Part shown: positions 11,628 through 26,058 of the stretch, piece by piece
Numbering within the stretch: position 1 is the stretch's first letter
How the letters are laid out: every line of letters begins with the position of its first letter
NCBI GenBank assembly: GCA_964016885.1
Contig: OZ024740.1
Location: 269,204,001-269,268,000, forward strand
DNA length: 64,000 bases
Direction: 5' to 3'
DNA from: Eledone cirrhosa
Lineage: Eukaryota
Notes under the pieces: generated by a model
Databases searched by the model: none
Told to the model about the DNA's origin: nothing
Seen by the model: the letters and a program-made list of their open reading frames with translations, nothing else
Made by a program: the position numbers and the translations under genes

Positions 11628-12295
11628 CGGGGTAACAAATAATAGTTATATCCAGTCCCCTTAGGTGTAGTCCGGTTATGGAATTCCGGGTAGTGGATGA
11701 TATCAACGCTAGGCTTGGTTTGACTCAACAAGGCGTATTCATAGTGATGTTGCGAGTATGCTGTAATTCCTATGTTGTAAACACTTGGAGTAATAATGAA
11801 TCAGAAAAGAAGATTGACATGGTTTGCAATACAAAAAAAGGTTTTTAATCTCATTGCTGACAATTGTTTCTCTGAACTGGTAGGTCTAGAGATCGTAATT
11901 CGCTTGTTTTCACGTTACTCGATCGCCAATACAAAATTATAACCAGTCAGTTCTTCGGAGCATGCGAGAATGAAGAGAATATACAGGCATGAATGGAATA
12001 TACAGGCTACTATATGAAGTAGTAATGGCATTCAGTTAGAACAATAACAACAATTACAACAATGCTAATAATAAATTATTTGAGGAGACCCTGACATTAC
12101 ATTAGGTGGGGGGTATAGTGTATCTAAGATTTCGGCGTGTAAAACTAGCTGACATGAAGCAGAAGTATAAGTTTGGCATGTGGTAGGGTGTATTGTATCA
12201 ATTTTAAAGATAAGCCGGTGTTTATCACCAATATAGTTCAGTGTATATTCCATTCATGCCTGTATATAACCATGTCAATATTCTTTCCTGATTTA
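11628..12295. mobile_element. Probable Penelope-like remnant with internal inverted repeats, in (TA)n
   Basis: IR pairs 11980-12003/12244-12267 and about 11800-11824/12268-12294; minus-strand hammerhead half-motif GAAACAATTGTC at about 11858-11869. Confidence 0.4.
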
Positions 12296-12336
12296 TGTAT
12301 ATATATATATCATAAAGCGATTTTTTCATAAAACTA

Positions 12337-12390
<54 letters not shown>

Positions 12391-12495
12391 GTTTACAACT
12401 TAGTTTTATGAAAAAAATCACTTTATGAGATATTTAAGATCATATAACCTTTTATAAATCACGTTTTACATGTCAGTTGAAACAATATTTTTTTA

Positions 12496-12584
<89 letters not shown>

Positions 12585-12587
12585 TAA

Positions 12588-13312
12588 AATAACAGATTAA
12601 AGTTTAAGCAAAGAATCGCTGCATTTACATGTAGGTATGTGTGTGCGCTTGTCATATACGTATTTATTTATTTATATACGTTTATATAATTATTTATTTA
12701 TTTGTATACACGCACACACACACATATTTATATGTGCGTGGTTTTGTATACCTATGGTAAGTGTTTTGCGTATGCTTGTGTATGTACGTATTTGTTTGCG
12801 TGTATCTATTTATTTATTTCTATTACTTCTGTATTGTATTTATTTACTTTGTTCTTAACTCTGAAGCGGAGATTCATTCGGTCTCCTAGTTAGAATTTTA
12901 GTCTACGACTTCTGCTATACCATTTACGTGGTTTTGTCTTTGCGTGCTATTGTTCTCTACGCTCCACATATGACGTATTATCTTCGTTTTTTTCGTTCAT
13001 TGCCAGTGAACGTCTCTATGAACCACCTAGAGAACATTAGTCTACGACCTCTTTTATACCATAAACGTGGTTCTCTCTTTGAGTGTAATTGTTTTTCACC
13101 GCTCCTATTAATGACGTATTATATTCGTTTTTTCCCGTTCTTAGCCAGCGAATGTTTCCACGAACCAAAGTATCGTCTTCCTGTCTCCCTCCGGTTGCAA
13201 CGTTTTTTGAAATATCCACTTCTGCGTTTACAGATTGACTTTGTTAGTTTCAGAAGATCCCGTTAAGGGTGAAAGCAGCGATTCTTTGCTTAAACTTTAA
13301 TCTGTCATTTTA
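12588..13312. mobile_element. Element with about 35 bp terminal inverted repeats inserted next to (TA)n
   Basis: ACAGATTAAAGTTTAAGCAAAGAATCGCTGC at about 12592-12622 and its reverse complement at about 13275-13305. A related end sequence recurs at about 57013-57105. Confidence 0.55.
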
Positions 13313-13403
13313 ATAAATATTTGCTCTACGGTTCTTATATATTTGATATATATTTATCCTTATCGAGCCCTCTTTGGATTTTAGCCTTGAAATTTATTAT
13401 TAT

Positions 13404-15720
<2,317 letters not shown>

Positions 15721-15823
15721 GTTAATATATTGTATATTTACTCCAATAAGCTGTTGAGTGCTTTATATCAGTTATAAAAATATTTTTAAGCTTGTTGTAT
15801 CCCAACAAATTAAATATAACCTC

Positions 15824-15902
<79 letters not shown>

Positions 15903-16797
15903 ATAGGCCATGCTTATTCAAACCGGATACATGGGGCGAATTAAGCAGCCGCCATAAGGCTTGTGGCGAGATGTATCTACAAGTGGGTGTGACTAGGTCC
16001 GTGGAGGTGAGGGAGAGAGTGTGTGTGTGTGTGTGTATATATACATGTGTGTATGTATATGGGGGTGTGTGTGTCTGCGCATGTAGACGCACGTGTGTGT
16101 ATGCATAAATATGTCGGTGTCTGCATGGGTGTGTGTGTGTGTATATTAGTATGTGTGGGTGCTTGCTCTGGAGTGTGAACAGACGTGTGGGATGCTGAAC
16201 CCAACATGACTCCATCGAAATGTGTCGGACGGAAAATGGCTGATGATCCGTGTGGCAGAAGATACTGACCAGAACATGTGATGACGTGGAGTAAAAACAG
16301 CCAATGGCATGACAATAGTGGAAGTAGGGGTTTTTTAGGCTGTTTTTTTATGATAACACCACAGTGATAAAATTTGCTTCTAACGAAATACTCGTGTCTG
16401 AATGAACCTGCAGAAGTAGAATCAGCCGGATCCATACAAGGACCACGTCTTGAGCTACCTGCCGGAGAAACAATTGTAACACGCAATAAATTAAGTCCAG
16501 ATGCATCACTGATTTTTCGTTTTCTTTATAATATCTACACTCTACTCTGATGAATATCGAGTGCTAATTTTGGCATACCACCCATGGAAGCACCTTAGCT
16601 ACGATTATACACAACTATATATATATATATGGGTTCATAAATCATTAAATCATGGTTATTCTCTCCAGCAATTTATATATGACATATGATATATATATAT
16701 ATGTATCATATGTCATATATAAAGTGCTGGAGAGAATAACAATGATTTATGAACACATATATTTTTTTTAATTTATTCATAGACCATTATTATTCTC

Positions 16798-17467
16798 TGG
16801 GTGGATTGGCAGTATCGGTAGAGGGTCGGACGCCATGCTTTCCAGCATAGTTACGTCCCTTTACGATCTGAGTTCAAATCCCGCCGAGGTTGACTTTGCC
16901 TTTCATCCTTACGGGGTCGATAAAATAAAGTACCAGTAATGCATTGGAAAATTGCTGGCCTTGTGCCTAAAGTAGAAACAATTATTATTCTCTGGTAGAC
17001 TTTACCTTTCATCCTTACGGAGTCGATAAAAATAAAGTACCAGTAATGCACTGGGTATTGCTGGCCTTGTGCCTAACGTAGAAACAATTATTATTCTTTG
17101 GTAGAGGGTCGGACGCCATGCTTTCCAGCATAGTTACGTCCCTTTACGGTCTGAGTTCGAATCCCGCCGAGGTTAACTTTGCCTTTCATCCTTACGGGGT
17201 CGATAAAATAAAGTACCAGTAATGTACTGGGTAATTGATGGCCTTGTGCCAAATGTAGAAACAATTATTATTCTCTGGTGAATTAGCAGTATCGGTAGAG
17301 GGTTGGACGCCATGCTTTCTAGCATAGTTACGTTCCTTTACAGTCCGAGTTCAAATCCCGCCGAGGTTAACTTTGCCTTTCATCCTTACGGCGTCGATAA
17401 AATAAAGTACCAGTAAAGAACTGGATAATTGCTGGCCTTGTGTCTAAAGTAGAAACAATTATTATTC
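16798..17467 (+). mobile_element. Head-to-tail tandem array of 4 SINE family A copies
   Basis: Units at about 16798-16990, 16991-17097 (5' truncated), 17099-17273 and 17275-17467. Confidence 0.85.
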
Positions 17468-17691
17468 TATCCAGCATTACATATATGTCTTTTTGTTCTG
17501 CTTATAATAATGTTGGTAAACATTTTTTCTTTCCATTTACTCGCTTGGTTTGCTTGTCTGGCAATCTATATGCTTGTCTGGCAATCTATACCCTTCTCTC
17601 TACCGGCTTCTAATCCCTTAACATTTGATTGGTTTGCTTACTTTTTATTCTATATTAATATATATATACATACATATATATATATATATAT

Positions 17692-17768
<77 letters not shown>

Positions 17769-17862
17769 TGTGTGTGTGAATTATTTTCTCCTAGCTTTTA
17801 TAATTACTTAATTAATTTATTTATTGTTTGATTGTTTGTTTGAAAACCTAGTTGAGAGCTTA

Positions 17863-18130
17863 CTTCGAGACTGTGAATCAATCTTTGTTCACACTTTTGA
17901 ATGTACCCGCCAAAACAAAGCCGGGTAATGACCGTCCCCGTTTTGAGAAAGGACACGTGACCTCACTACCAAATTTAGTACTACAGTGGAATGACTGTCT
18001 TGTCTCAGGACCCGATGAAAGTTGATACTTGGAACGAAAAACCTGTTGACGAAATAAATCCCTTTTCCATCTTAGGACACGTTACTGACTTGCATATATA
18101 TAACGCAACTAGGAGTGTAACTTCCGTGCC
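17863..18130 (-). promoter_or_regulatory. Candidate promoter / non-coding first exon of a leftward gene
   Basis: Non-repetitive, CpG-containing island with E2F-like TTTTGGCGGG (about 17907-17916), GTCACGTG E-box (about 17954-17961), ETS-like CGGAAGT (about 18120-18126) and donor GAA|GTAAGC at about 17863. Confidence 0.3.
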
Positions 18131-18564
18131 CCAGAAACCCATCGATGATATTTATCGATTAAGAGCTATCAATCAGGTCCAGGTTCGTCTTTAACCTGTC
18201 TGCAATTTTCGTTGTTGTAGTATTAATGTGGCAATATGCTTATGGTCGCATTATTCCTTGTGTCATTATTACCTAACTTCTTGTGTTCACTCCGAGGAGA
18301 AATTTATTAATTACTCAAACATCGAGTGCTTTGTGGCAGTCTTCGAAAATCAATCGGGCGTGAATCTGCTACTTGCAGTTGCAACTTTGGTTATACTCAT
18401 TACTATTTTATATGAAAAAAGGAAAAGATTGACTTCACTTGTCAGTAAAGTCAACAAGACCAATCACAACAGTGGCAAAAAGAACAACATAGCAACAAAA
18501 ATATGATAACATCTTTTCGTTGTGGTGAGGTCAACAGCATCAATAACAGCACTGACCAAAATAA

Positions 18565-19300
18565 AAACATTTTATTCCCTGTTGTATAAAAAGAGATATA
18601 TTAATACAATGCTTACAGAACAAAAGCACCAACAAATATAATATAAAGGAAAGGGAAAACAGAAAAAAAAAAGAAAGGAAAAGAAAGAGAAAACAAAACA
18701 AAACACACATCTGGGAACATATACAAGAAAAATTAGGCGAAAGGGGTGGACAACTGAGCCGCTACCAGAGTAAAAGATAACAGTATCGCAAGGAGCACTG
18801 GGAAACCTCTCTAATGTTTTTTGTGGGAAGCCAGCACGCTCGCAGCGTTACCTCGGGTGATGGTGAGGCTGATGCGCTGGAACAACGAAGCACCATCGCG
18901 AACTTCACCAGTTACCTCTGTTAGATGAGCCGCCAGTGAAGAAAGGAATCTCGCAGTCAGCAGCCCGACTCCCCTAACTGTCTCGAACGCCACAGGCTGG
19001 AAAATGTAGTTGGCTGCCAGATCACAGTATTTTAGGATTTTGTTCCGTTCAGCTGTGGCTCTCGCCCTAACCGCGAGCATTCAGGATGTGGGAAGAAGCA
19101 AAAGAGTCACTAACTGTGACGTCCCAGACCAGGTATCTGCCTCTTGACCAGGGGCACATAGTAAGGCTGTCAGGTCTTTTCCCATCACCACTGGACAACC
19201 CAGCTGGTTTCAAGATTGAGGGGATGATTGCCCGGGCCAAAGTTCTCTTGAGAATTAGGTTTAGCTCTGTGGGACGCGCGAAGTGACCGGCATTCAATCA
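18565..19300 (-). mobile_element. CRE-clade non-LTR retrotransposon 3' fragment (restriction-like endonuclease)
   Basis: DGKRPDSLTMCPWSRGRYLVWDVT and PVAFET...LFQRISLTITRGNAASVL, split by a frameshift at about 19075. Confidence 0.8.
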
Positions 19301-19849
19301 ATTCAATTATCTTGCTTTTACCAATCACTATTTTCTTTCGGTTCTTGTGTGTATATATATATGCTTGAATTCTTTTAAATCTTCATCAACACTCCTTCAC
19401 TCCCACACTCATTACCCCCCCCCCCCCCCCGACACACCCAAATCTCTTATATATGTAGGGTCACACATTACAGCACAACCTGAGATCAGTTTGACAATTG
19501 CCACTGATGAATGGAAGAAAATTCTCCAGAAAAGTTAACCAGGAATCTTTAAAAAGTCTTCCCACCAAGTTAACAAAGAACTTACTAGAACTTCAAAACT
19601 AAATTGTAAAATTATATCATAAAATTAAATTGTTAGAACTACAAGTGAAGTCATTCTTTTCCTTTTTTCAAATATACCTAACTGTACCAAGGATTTCACA
19701 CATTTTCCAATATAAATGTGTGTGTGTGTGTGTGTGTGCGTGTGTGTAACCATATATGCGTACACGCACATATACATATATGCACACACACACTCACACA
19801 CATCTTTTTTCTTCTAAAAAATGGTTAAATAAATGCACACATGTTGTAG

Positions 19850-21490
19850 GGTCTGTTTCTTTGCTCTGTCCATTCAAGTTGCTTGCCTGAGATGATGGGG
19901 TCTCTCTCATCAGTAACTAAGGTTATTTGTAAAAGTTCATCACAGAAAAAGTCATTTTGTTCATTACTTAGCCATGCTCGCCGTGCATAGGTAGATACAA
20001 TTGTCATCATTCCTACAGCTATTCTAAACTTGATAATTCTGTTACTCTAACTACCCCTGTTACCAGTGGTGGACTGGATCTAAAAATATTGGTTGCCAGG
20101 AGATGAAGGGGGCCCACCTACATATAGAATGCTATCATTTAATTTTTATAATGAATAAATTACATTTTCGAAAAATACATAAGTGGAAACAAGACAGTGC
20201 AATCAAATTTTTGCGGGAAAATATCTTACCTTCTCCAATAAAAAATATTATGTATTTTGCGAAATCCAGGGACTTTCAATAATGACCAGAAGTCGACCCT
20301 AAATATTACTAATAGCCCTAGGAAAGCCATGGACGACACCACATCTTTTAAACTTTGATTTTGAGAGTAGGTTTATAATTATCAATTTTCATTAGACTTT
20401 TGTAGCTGTCTCGGTGGCCTATTTGGAGAAATCATAGACGGTGGTGATCCTAGTCTGAAGTTCGATCCTGGTCGGGAGTAGGGTTCCCGGTAAACCATTT
20501 GAGTTATTTTCTATTGGTTGTAAAATAAAAACTGAAAAAGTTTACATGTACCTCTTGACCAGAATTGAACCCACAGCCAGGATCTCCACCGTCTCTAGTA
20601 CCTCTCTTTCTGATATTTGAATCTACTATGATTTGGGCTTACCTTTTCCTATATTTATGTTTTTGCATGTCAGTTAGATCATACTTACAATGATTGGCAT
20701 TATATATATATATATATAAATATACAGTGGCCGACTATGTCTAAAAATATTGGTTGCCAGATGAGGGAGGCCCACCTACATAGAGAATGCTATCATTTAA
20801 TTCTTATAATGAATAAATAACATTTTCACAAAATGCATAAGTAAAAACAAAACAGTGCAATCAAATTTTTGCGTAAAAATATCTTACCTTCAACAAAAAA
20901 TATTACGTATTTTGCGAAATCCAGACTTTCAATAATGACCTTTGGTCTTTCACACTCACTCAATATATATGTGTGTGTGTATATATGATTTGACAGATGT
21001 TTTTAACCCATTGATAGCAATTATTATTTGGTCAGTAGTTCATGTGTAAGTATATGAATATAAATATATATATATATGCTTGTGTATCTGTGTCTATATA
21101 TGTATGTTTGTATGAATACACTAAGCTTTAGATTTAGTAGAATGTACAACCACTATTTCCAGCTATTTGCACTACCGTATATTTTGCTTTCTAGTAATTC
21201 CCTGGGAAATTGGTGACCCAATGCTTTGCTTAATTGTTTTATTTATTTTTTTAAAGATTTTATTCTTCCTCTTAGATTTCAGGTATTTTTTAAAACAAAG
21301 ATTGGCCTCTAACATTATACAGTGGGCCCCGCAATGCTATTGTGGGCTCTTGTAATGCCACCGTGGGCCCCCTGGGGTCCACATGCCATTGGGAAACCTA
21401 TCCAGTCCACCACTACCTGTTACATTTGTCTATCCATTTCTCAGCTTATATGATGCCTATACTACCTTACCCATCAGCATTTCCTACCAA
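19850..21490 (-). mobile_element. Old RTE APE-domain fragment split by the hAT insertion (19850-20063 and 21416-21490)
   Basis: RVSNRIIKFRIAVGMMTIVSTYA..FFCDELLQ resembles NDRIIKIRL..TIISAYAPQ of the RTE at 42 kb. Confidence 0.6.
20064..21415. mobile_element. Non-autonomous hAT-type DNA transposon
   Basis: TIRs CAGTGGTGGACTGGAT / ATCCAGTCCACCACTA; exact 8 bp TSD CCTGTTAC (20056-20063 and 21416-21423). Confidence 0.85.
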
Positions 21491-21513
21491 TATATATGTG
21501 TGTGTGTGTGTGA

Positions 21514-21720
21514 AAGCGTGTGGCTGAGTGGTTAGAGAATTGGATTCGCAATCGTGAGTTTGTCATTTCAATTCCCTGACCGGATGATGTGATATGTGCT
21601 TGAGCAAGACACTTTATTTCATGTTGCTCCTGCTGCCTGGAGTTGCGACTGACAGATAGTATTAGCAATTAGAAAGATGGTCCCATTGGACAAGCTCCAC
21701 CATACCTGTTAAGCGAATGA
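21514..21720 (+). mobile_element. tRNA-derived SINE family B (CORE-like)
   Basis: TGGCTGAGTGG A-box, degenerate B-box, CTTGAGCAAGACACTTTATTTCATGTTGCTCC core; matches 42608 and 51355-51513. Confidence 0.7.
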
Positions 21721-21748
21721 GGTCTGGGATCTTGTTGATCGACTGTCG

Positions 21749-21780
<32 letters not shown>

Positions 21781-23308
21781 TTGTATGTGTTTATGTCAAT
21801 CAATCAATCGAAATAGCCATGTCTTTGCTACTGCGGCGAAAAATATCTCCTCTAAATTCTCCATTACTTTCATCTTTGGCTCCCCCATCTCCAATTTTAA
21901 TAGATCCAGTTCTTGGATCCTTGCATGTGATGATACACATATACTGGTTGGATATAAACACCACAGAAATACCCATTGAAATTAATGTTCTTTTTAAAAT
22001 CATTTTAAAAGCAAGTATGCCGGTTTAATTGTTGTTCAAAAGTTCACACATAAAAGGATTTTAGCATATTTCTCAAATCTTTTATATATTCACTGAGGTG
22101 ATGGCATTTATTAAACAAACCCACATCCAAATATTGCAGAGGAAGAAACTTACCCTTTTCTTTTCTTTATAGTTTAATAACTTCAATAAATATTACTAGA
22201 AGACTTCAGAGAATAAATGTATATGGAATCCTGTTGAGTATTGAACAATAAAGCTCTTTCAGCAAAGCTCATAAAATCAATAATTCTTTTACAATAATTG
22301 CTATACAATTTTTGAGCAACAGTTGAAATATTAGGAAAACTGGAAGCATGGTAGAAAAGCAGTCTTGAATATTTTGTCATTTTACTTTATTTGCCACATT
22401 TCTAAATTGAACTCACTTTATTATATTGACAAACTCATAAACAATCGGAATTTCCATAATGTTACAGGCCTAGAAGTGATATTCATATGAAGCAAGAGAC
22501 ATCGTTTAGCAATAAAGAAAAGAAAATATGATTTAAAAAGAAATAAAATTTGTGAATTTTAATAAAACGAAAACGTGATCACCATTGTTTTAAAACTTTA
22601 TTTTGCAAGTGGAGGGGCAGAAGAATTGTAGTTCTTTGAATAGCCTGGTGAATTGGAGCAGCAGAAATGTAGTTCTTTGAATAGCCTGGTTAATTGAGGG
22701 GCCAAACTATGACTTTGGAGAATTTCCACCCACCATCATTCATCCTTTTGTCTATATATAAAATGCCACAGAGAAAAAAAGTAGAACAGATTCATGGATG
22801 TGTTCATTTAGCTGACAATGGTATATAACAAACTTCTAAGATTATGATGGTCATTTTGAAGATAAAGGAACATATGTAGCATCTAGAGTAAGAACAGCTT
22901 AGGAATGAGAGAAGATAAGAAATTGGGAGTGATGAGACAATGGTGTAAATATTTGTTTGGTGGGAATTTTGGACAAGCCAATTTCATGAAAGAGGATTTC
23001 ATTGCATGGCTACAAGTGGAAAATTATGGATTACAGAAGTCTGTTCTTGAGCTTACATGAATGTAATGGGAGATTGATGATTCTTTTTGATATATCTAGA
23101 AGGTTTATTGATACTCATTTTTTTTTAAATCAAAGAAGAAAAACATCCCGGGTACACTAATCAACCCAACTGCTATTTCTAGCAGGTTGGAAGACGACCA
23201 TAAGGGATTTTCTCTGCGCATTCATTGTCAGCGATGCTCATATTTTACAGCCAGCGTCTCCATGGAATTGAACGTTGGTTTACACACACACAGACTTTTA
23301 TATCAATA

Positions 23309-23849
23309 TCTATATATAATATAAAATATTGGAACTGCCATCATCATTTTGAGAAACCTGGACCAGCCACATCTATGCTTAAGTCAGGCGGATGATGAAC
23401 CATTTCCCAGAGGTCATTATTCTTGAAGGCAACCATCAAGGAGAAAATGCCTTTATTCCCAAGATTCCTCTCATCCCCTCCTCTACTGCGCTGCCATTCA
23501 AATTCTCAAGACTTCCATTCTCTGTTAGAGCCAGTTTTTCAATGACCATAAATACAGGGTCAGCGTCTCAAAATTGTAGGATTGAATGTGAGAGGATCGG
23601 TTTTTACCCATGGACAATTATATGTAGGTTGTTCACTAGTGGGAATGCCTAGAAATCTTCATATACTATGCACGAACAGTGAAACGAAGAATCTAGTGTA
23701 TCTGGGAGATTTTTGACTGCTTTTTTTTTGTTACACACAGTCTTGCCTCATACTGTAAACCAGACAACACATCCAATACTGTCATTTTCTCTTCTACCGG
23801 TCTACTCTTATCACCTGCTTACCCAGGCAAAGCTTGGTATCTCAGCTAG
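23309..23849 (+). mobile_element. Internally deleted Helitron retaining the C-terminus of the PIF1-like helicase
   Basis: A|TC 5' end; FIPKIPLIPS..PFKFSRLPFSVRASFSMTIN / GQ..VFTHGQLYV..KNLVY; 3' hairpin plus CTAG|T. Confidence 0.85.
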
Positions 23850-25294
23850 TGTATGATAAATAAATGCATCATCAGTAAAGAAATTAAAATAAGTCAGTTT
23901 ACCTCCAGAGCTCAGGATTACTTCCAATCAATTGTCAAAAATCAGTCTTGATTAGGTCTTGAAAGAAGTTGGTGTAATTAGGATACCTTTTTATTCCCTT
24001 CATTAATCAAGTAGGGTCAACTTATTCAAGTCTAACTTGAAGATTACAAAACATTCATTGTAATAACAAAAATAATTAACAATCATATTGTTATTAGATA
24101 GATTAACTATAACCCTCTCTGCCACCAGAAATATCAAGAATTAATTCTATTATAATGATTTCTACTATAGATGCAAGGACAGCAATTTGGGGCAGGGAAA
24201 AGTCTATTAAAAGTGTAGCAGGTACTTACTGGGGTAGATATAATATAATGATAAGCAACTAGGTATAGTAAATTGAATTGATGTTAGTACATCGTTGGTT
24301 CTTTTTCTCTTGACTCTGGAGCAAGGTTGGTGATATGCACTAGAAAAACTAGGTTAATACTTCAGGTGCTAGAATCTGGAGCTCAACATTGTTTTCTGGA
24401 TATAGTCAATAGAGAAGTAAATGTTCTGAACTAAGGTGATGAATATTTTGAACTTATAGCATAACCTTAGCAAATATTCATTGTTTCTGCACCCTCCCCA
24501 ATGCTCTCCTAATGACTGCTATGTTTCCCACATTGGTACAGAGTCAAATATTTGGAGAAAGCGTATAGTATATTAAACTGAGTTCAATACATGACTGGTA
24601 CTTATTTTCTTGACAAAAAGGAAAGTAAAGTAAAGAAGATCTCAACCAGTTTTGAATATAAGTGGACATAACCACACACAGACACACACACACACACATA
24701 TATATATATATTGGCTAGAGATTTAAGACGCTGGTTTGAGACCTTTACTTCCCTCCGAAGAAGAGATATTATCTCGAAAATTAAGGACATTTAAATAAAT
24801 TCAAGGTGAAAGACAAATTCTCAACAATATCTTTTACTATTGCATTCTTTTTTCTATGTCCATACCTGCATTGTTTTGGCCTTATTACACATATTCAAAC
24901 GTTTATATATATATATATATATATAACAAAACCTTCGAGCACAACATATTTAATATCATGGGTCAGCACATTCTGCCATGGTGCAATTTGGCAGGAAGCT
25001 TCCAATCAAAGAAATGAGAAACATGTAGAGCCCAAAGGCAGGCAGTTTGGTTAGGTTTGAATGCCAAAATGAGTCGAGTACTTTGTTGATATCAAACACA
25101 ACATTACTTTGCCAAATCTCTCATAGTCAAACGAATGCCCCTATTTTATGTCTGAGAAATGGGCAAAAATCCAAATCCCATTTATAAGCTGAAGCAGCTG
25201 ATCGACATATTGTTTAGATGATGTATAGAAGCTGAACCCATATTTTGCCATCGATTTTTTGTTCGTATATTCTTTGGCTTATATTCAAATATAT

Positions 25295-25681
25295 CTTCTT
25301 CATCTCATCTTCATCTGTCCCATAGTCTGCTGGACCATTGGAGCCCCACAGATGACCTAGGAACCAGCTCCTTCAATCCTCTTGCATCTCTGCCCTCCTC
25401 ATGGTTGCACCCAGCTTCATGCCTGTCCATTCCAGGATGTTGTCTTCCCATCTCTTTTTCGGTCTGCCTCTCTTCCTCCTTCCTTGTACTGTTCCCTGAA
25501 GAGCAAGCAGGCTTCCAACCAGGGTGAAGTACAACAGGGCAGATCTTCAAACTTAGGATAATATGTGAAAGTTACCTCCAACACCAACATCACCTCTACC
25601 ATATCTTTGTGAACTTCAACAAGGCATTCGGCATGGTTTGGCATGCAGCACTGTGGGCCACAATGAAGCTGTACAGCATCC
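25295..25681. mobile_element. RTE/BovB-like insertion with 5' inversion, inside a Tc2-like MITE
   Basis: Minus: RRRGRQKKRWEDNILEWTG. Plus: EEQAGF..HIFVNFNKAFGMVWHAALW. 12 bp TSD ATTCAAATATAT (25283-25294 and 25682-25693). Confidence 0.8.
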
Positions 25682-25954
25682 ATTCAAATATATACGGTAA
25701 CTATTAAAGTAGAAATATACTAGGTTTAGTCAAATTGATTACCAATATTAACCTAAATATGGTTTCACTCATTCCTGTGTAATTGAAAGAAATAAAAAAA
25801 TCTTTTATTTGTGAAGTAAATTTTATTTTCAAAATAAACTTGAATGGGGGATTTTTTCTTTAATTTATACACAATAACAATCGATTCGGTAATTCCTCAA
25901 CAAGCCATATGCTCAGTTCATATGGAAATGTTACTTAGATATCACTGCTCTTTG

Positions 25955-26058
25955 TTAATTCTCTTCTCTTTCAGTTGTTTCAAGCAAGTTTTTAAATACT
26001 TTGTTCCAAACTGATGCCTTTTTGAATTCCTTTGTATGCCGCAGGTTACATAAACAAT
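25955..26058 (-). CDS. FOCAD: Focadhesin-like gene, final coding exon
   Basis: cag|AT; CLCNLRHTKEFKKASVWNKVFKNLLETTEREEN* resembles the recalled human end LLSLRVLPEFKKKAVW. AATAAA downstream at about 25804-25828. Confidence 0.85.

Noticed and set aside
16798-17467. CRISPR-like or tRNA-gene array
   Set aside because: Units are SINE copies found dispersed elsewhere; no unique spacers or full cloverleaf; eukaryotic context.
18095-18210. TATA-like box followed by a possible Pol III small RNA
   Set aside because: No match to snRNAs I recognise and no convincing structure.
21800-22480. Protein-like minus ORFs and an AG...GTAAG-bounded segment (about 22154-22231)
   Set aside because: No recognisable family and stops in all three frames of the putative exon. 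Possibly an old TE or pseudogene; needs tBLASTx.
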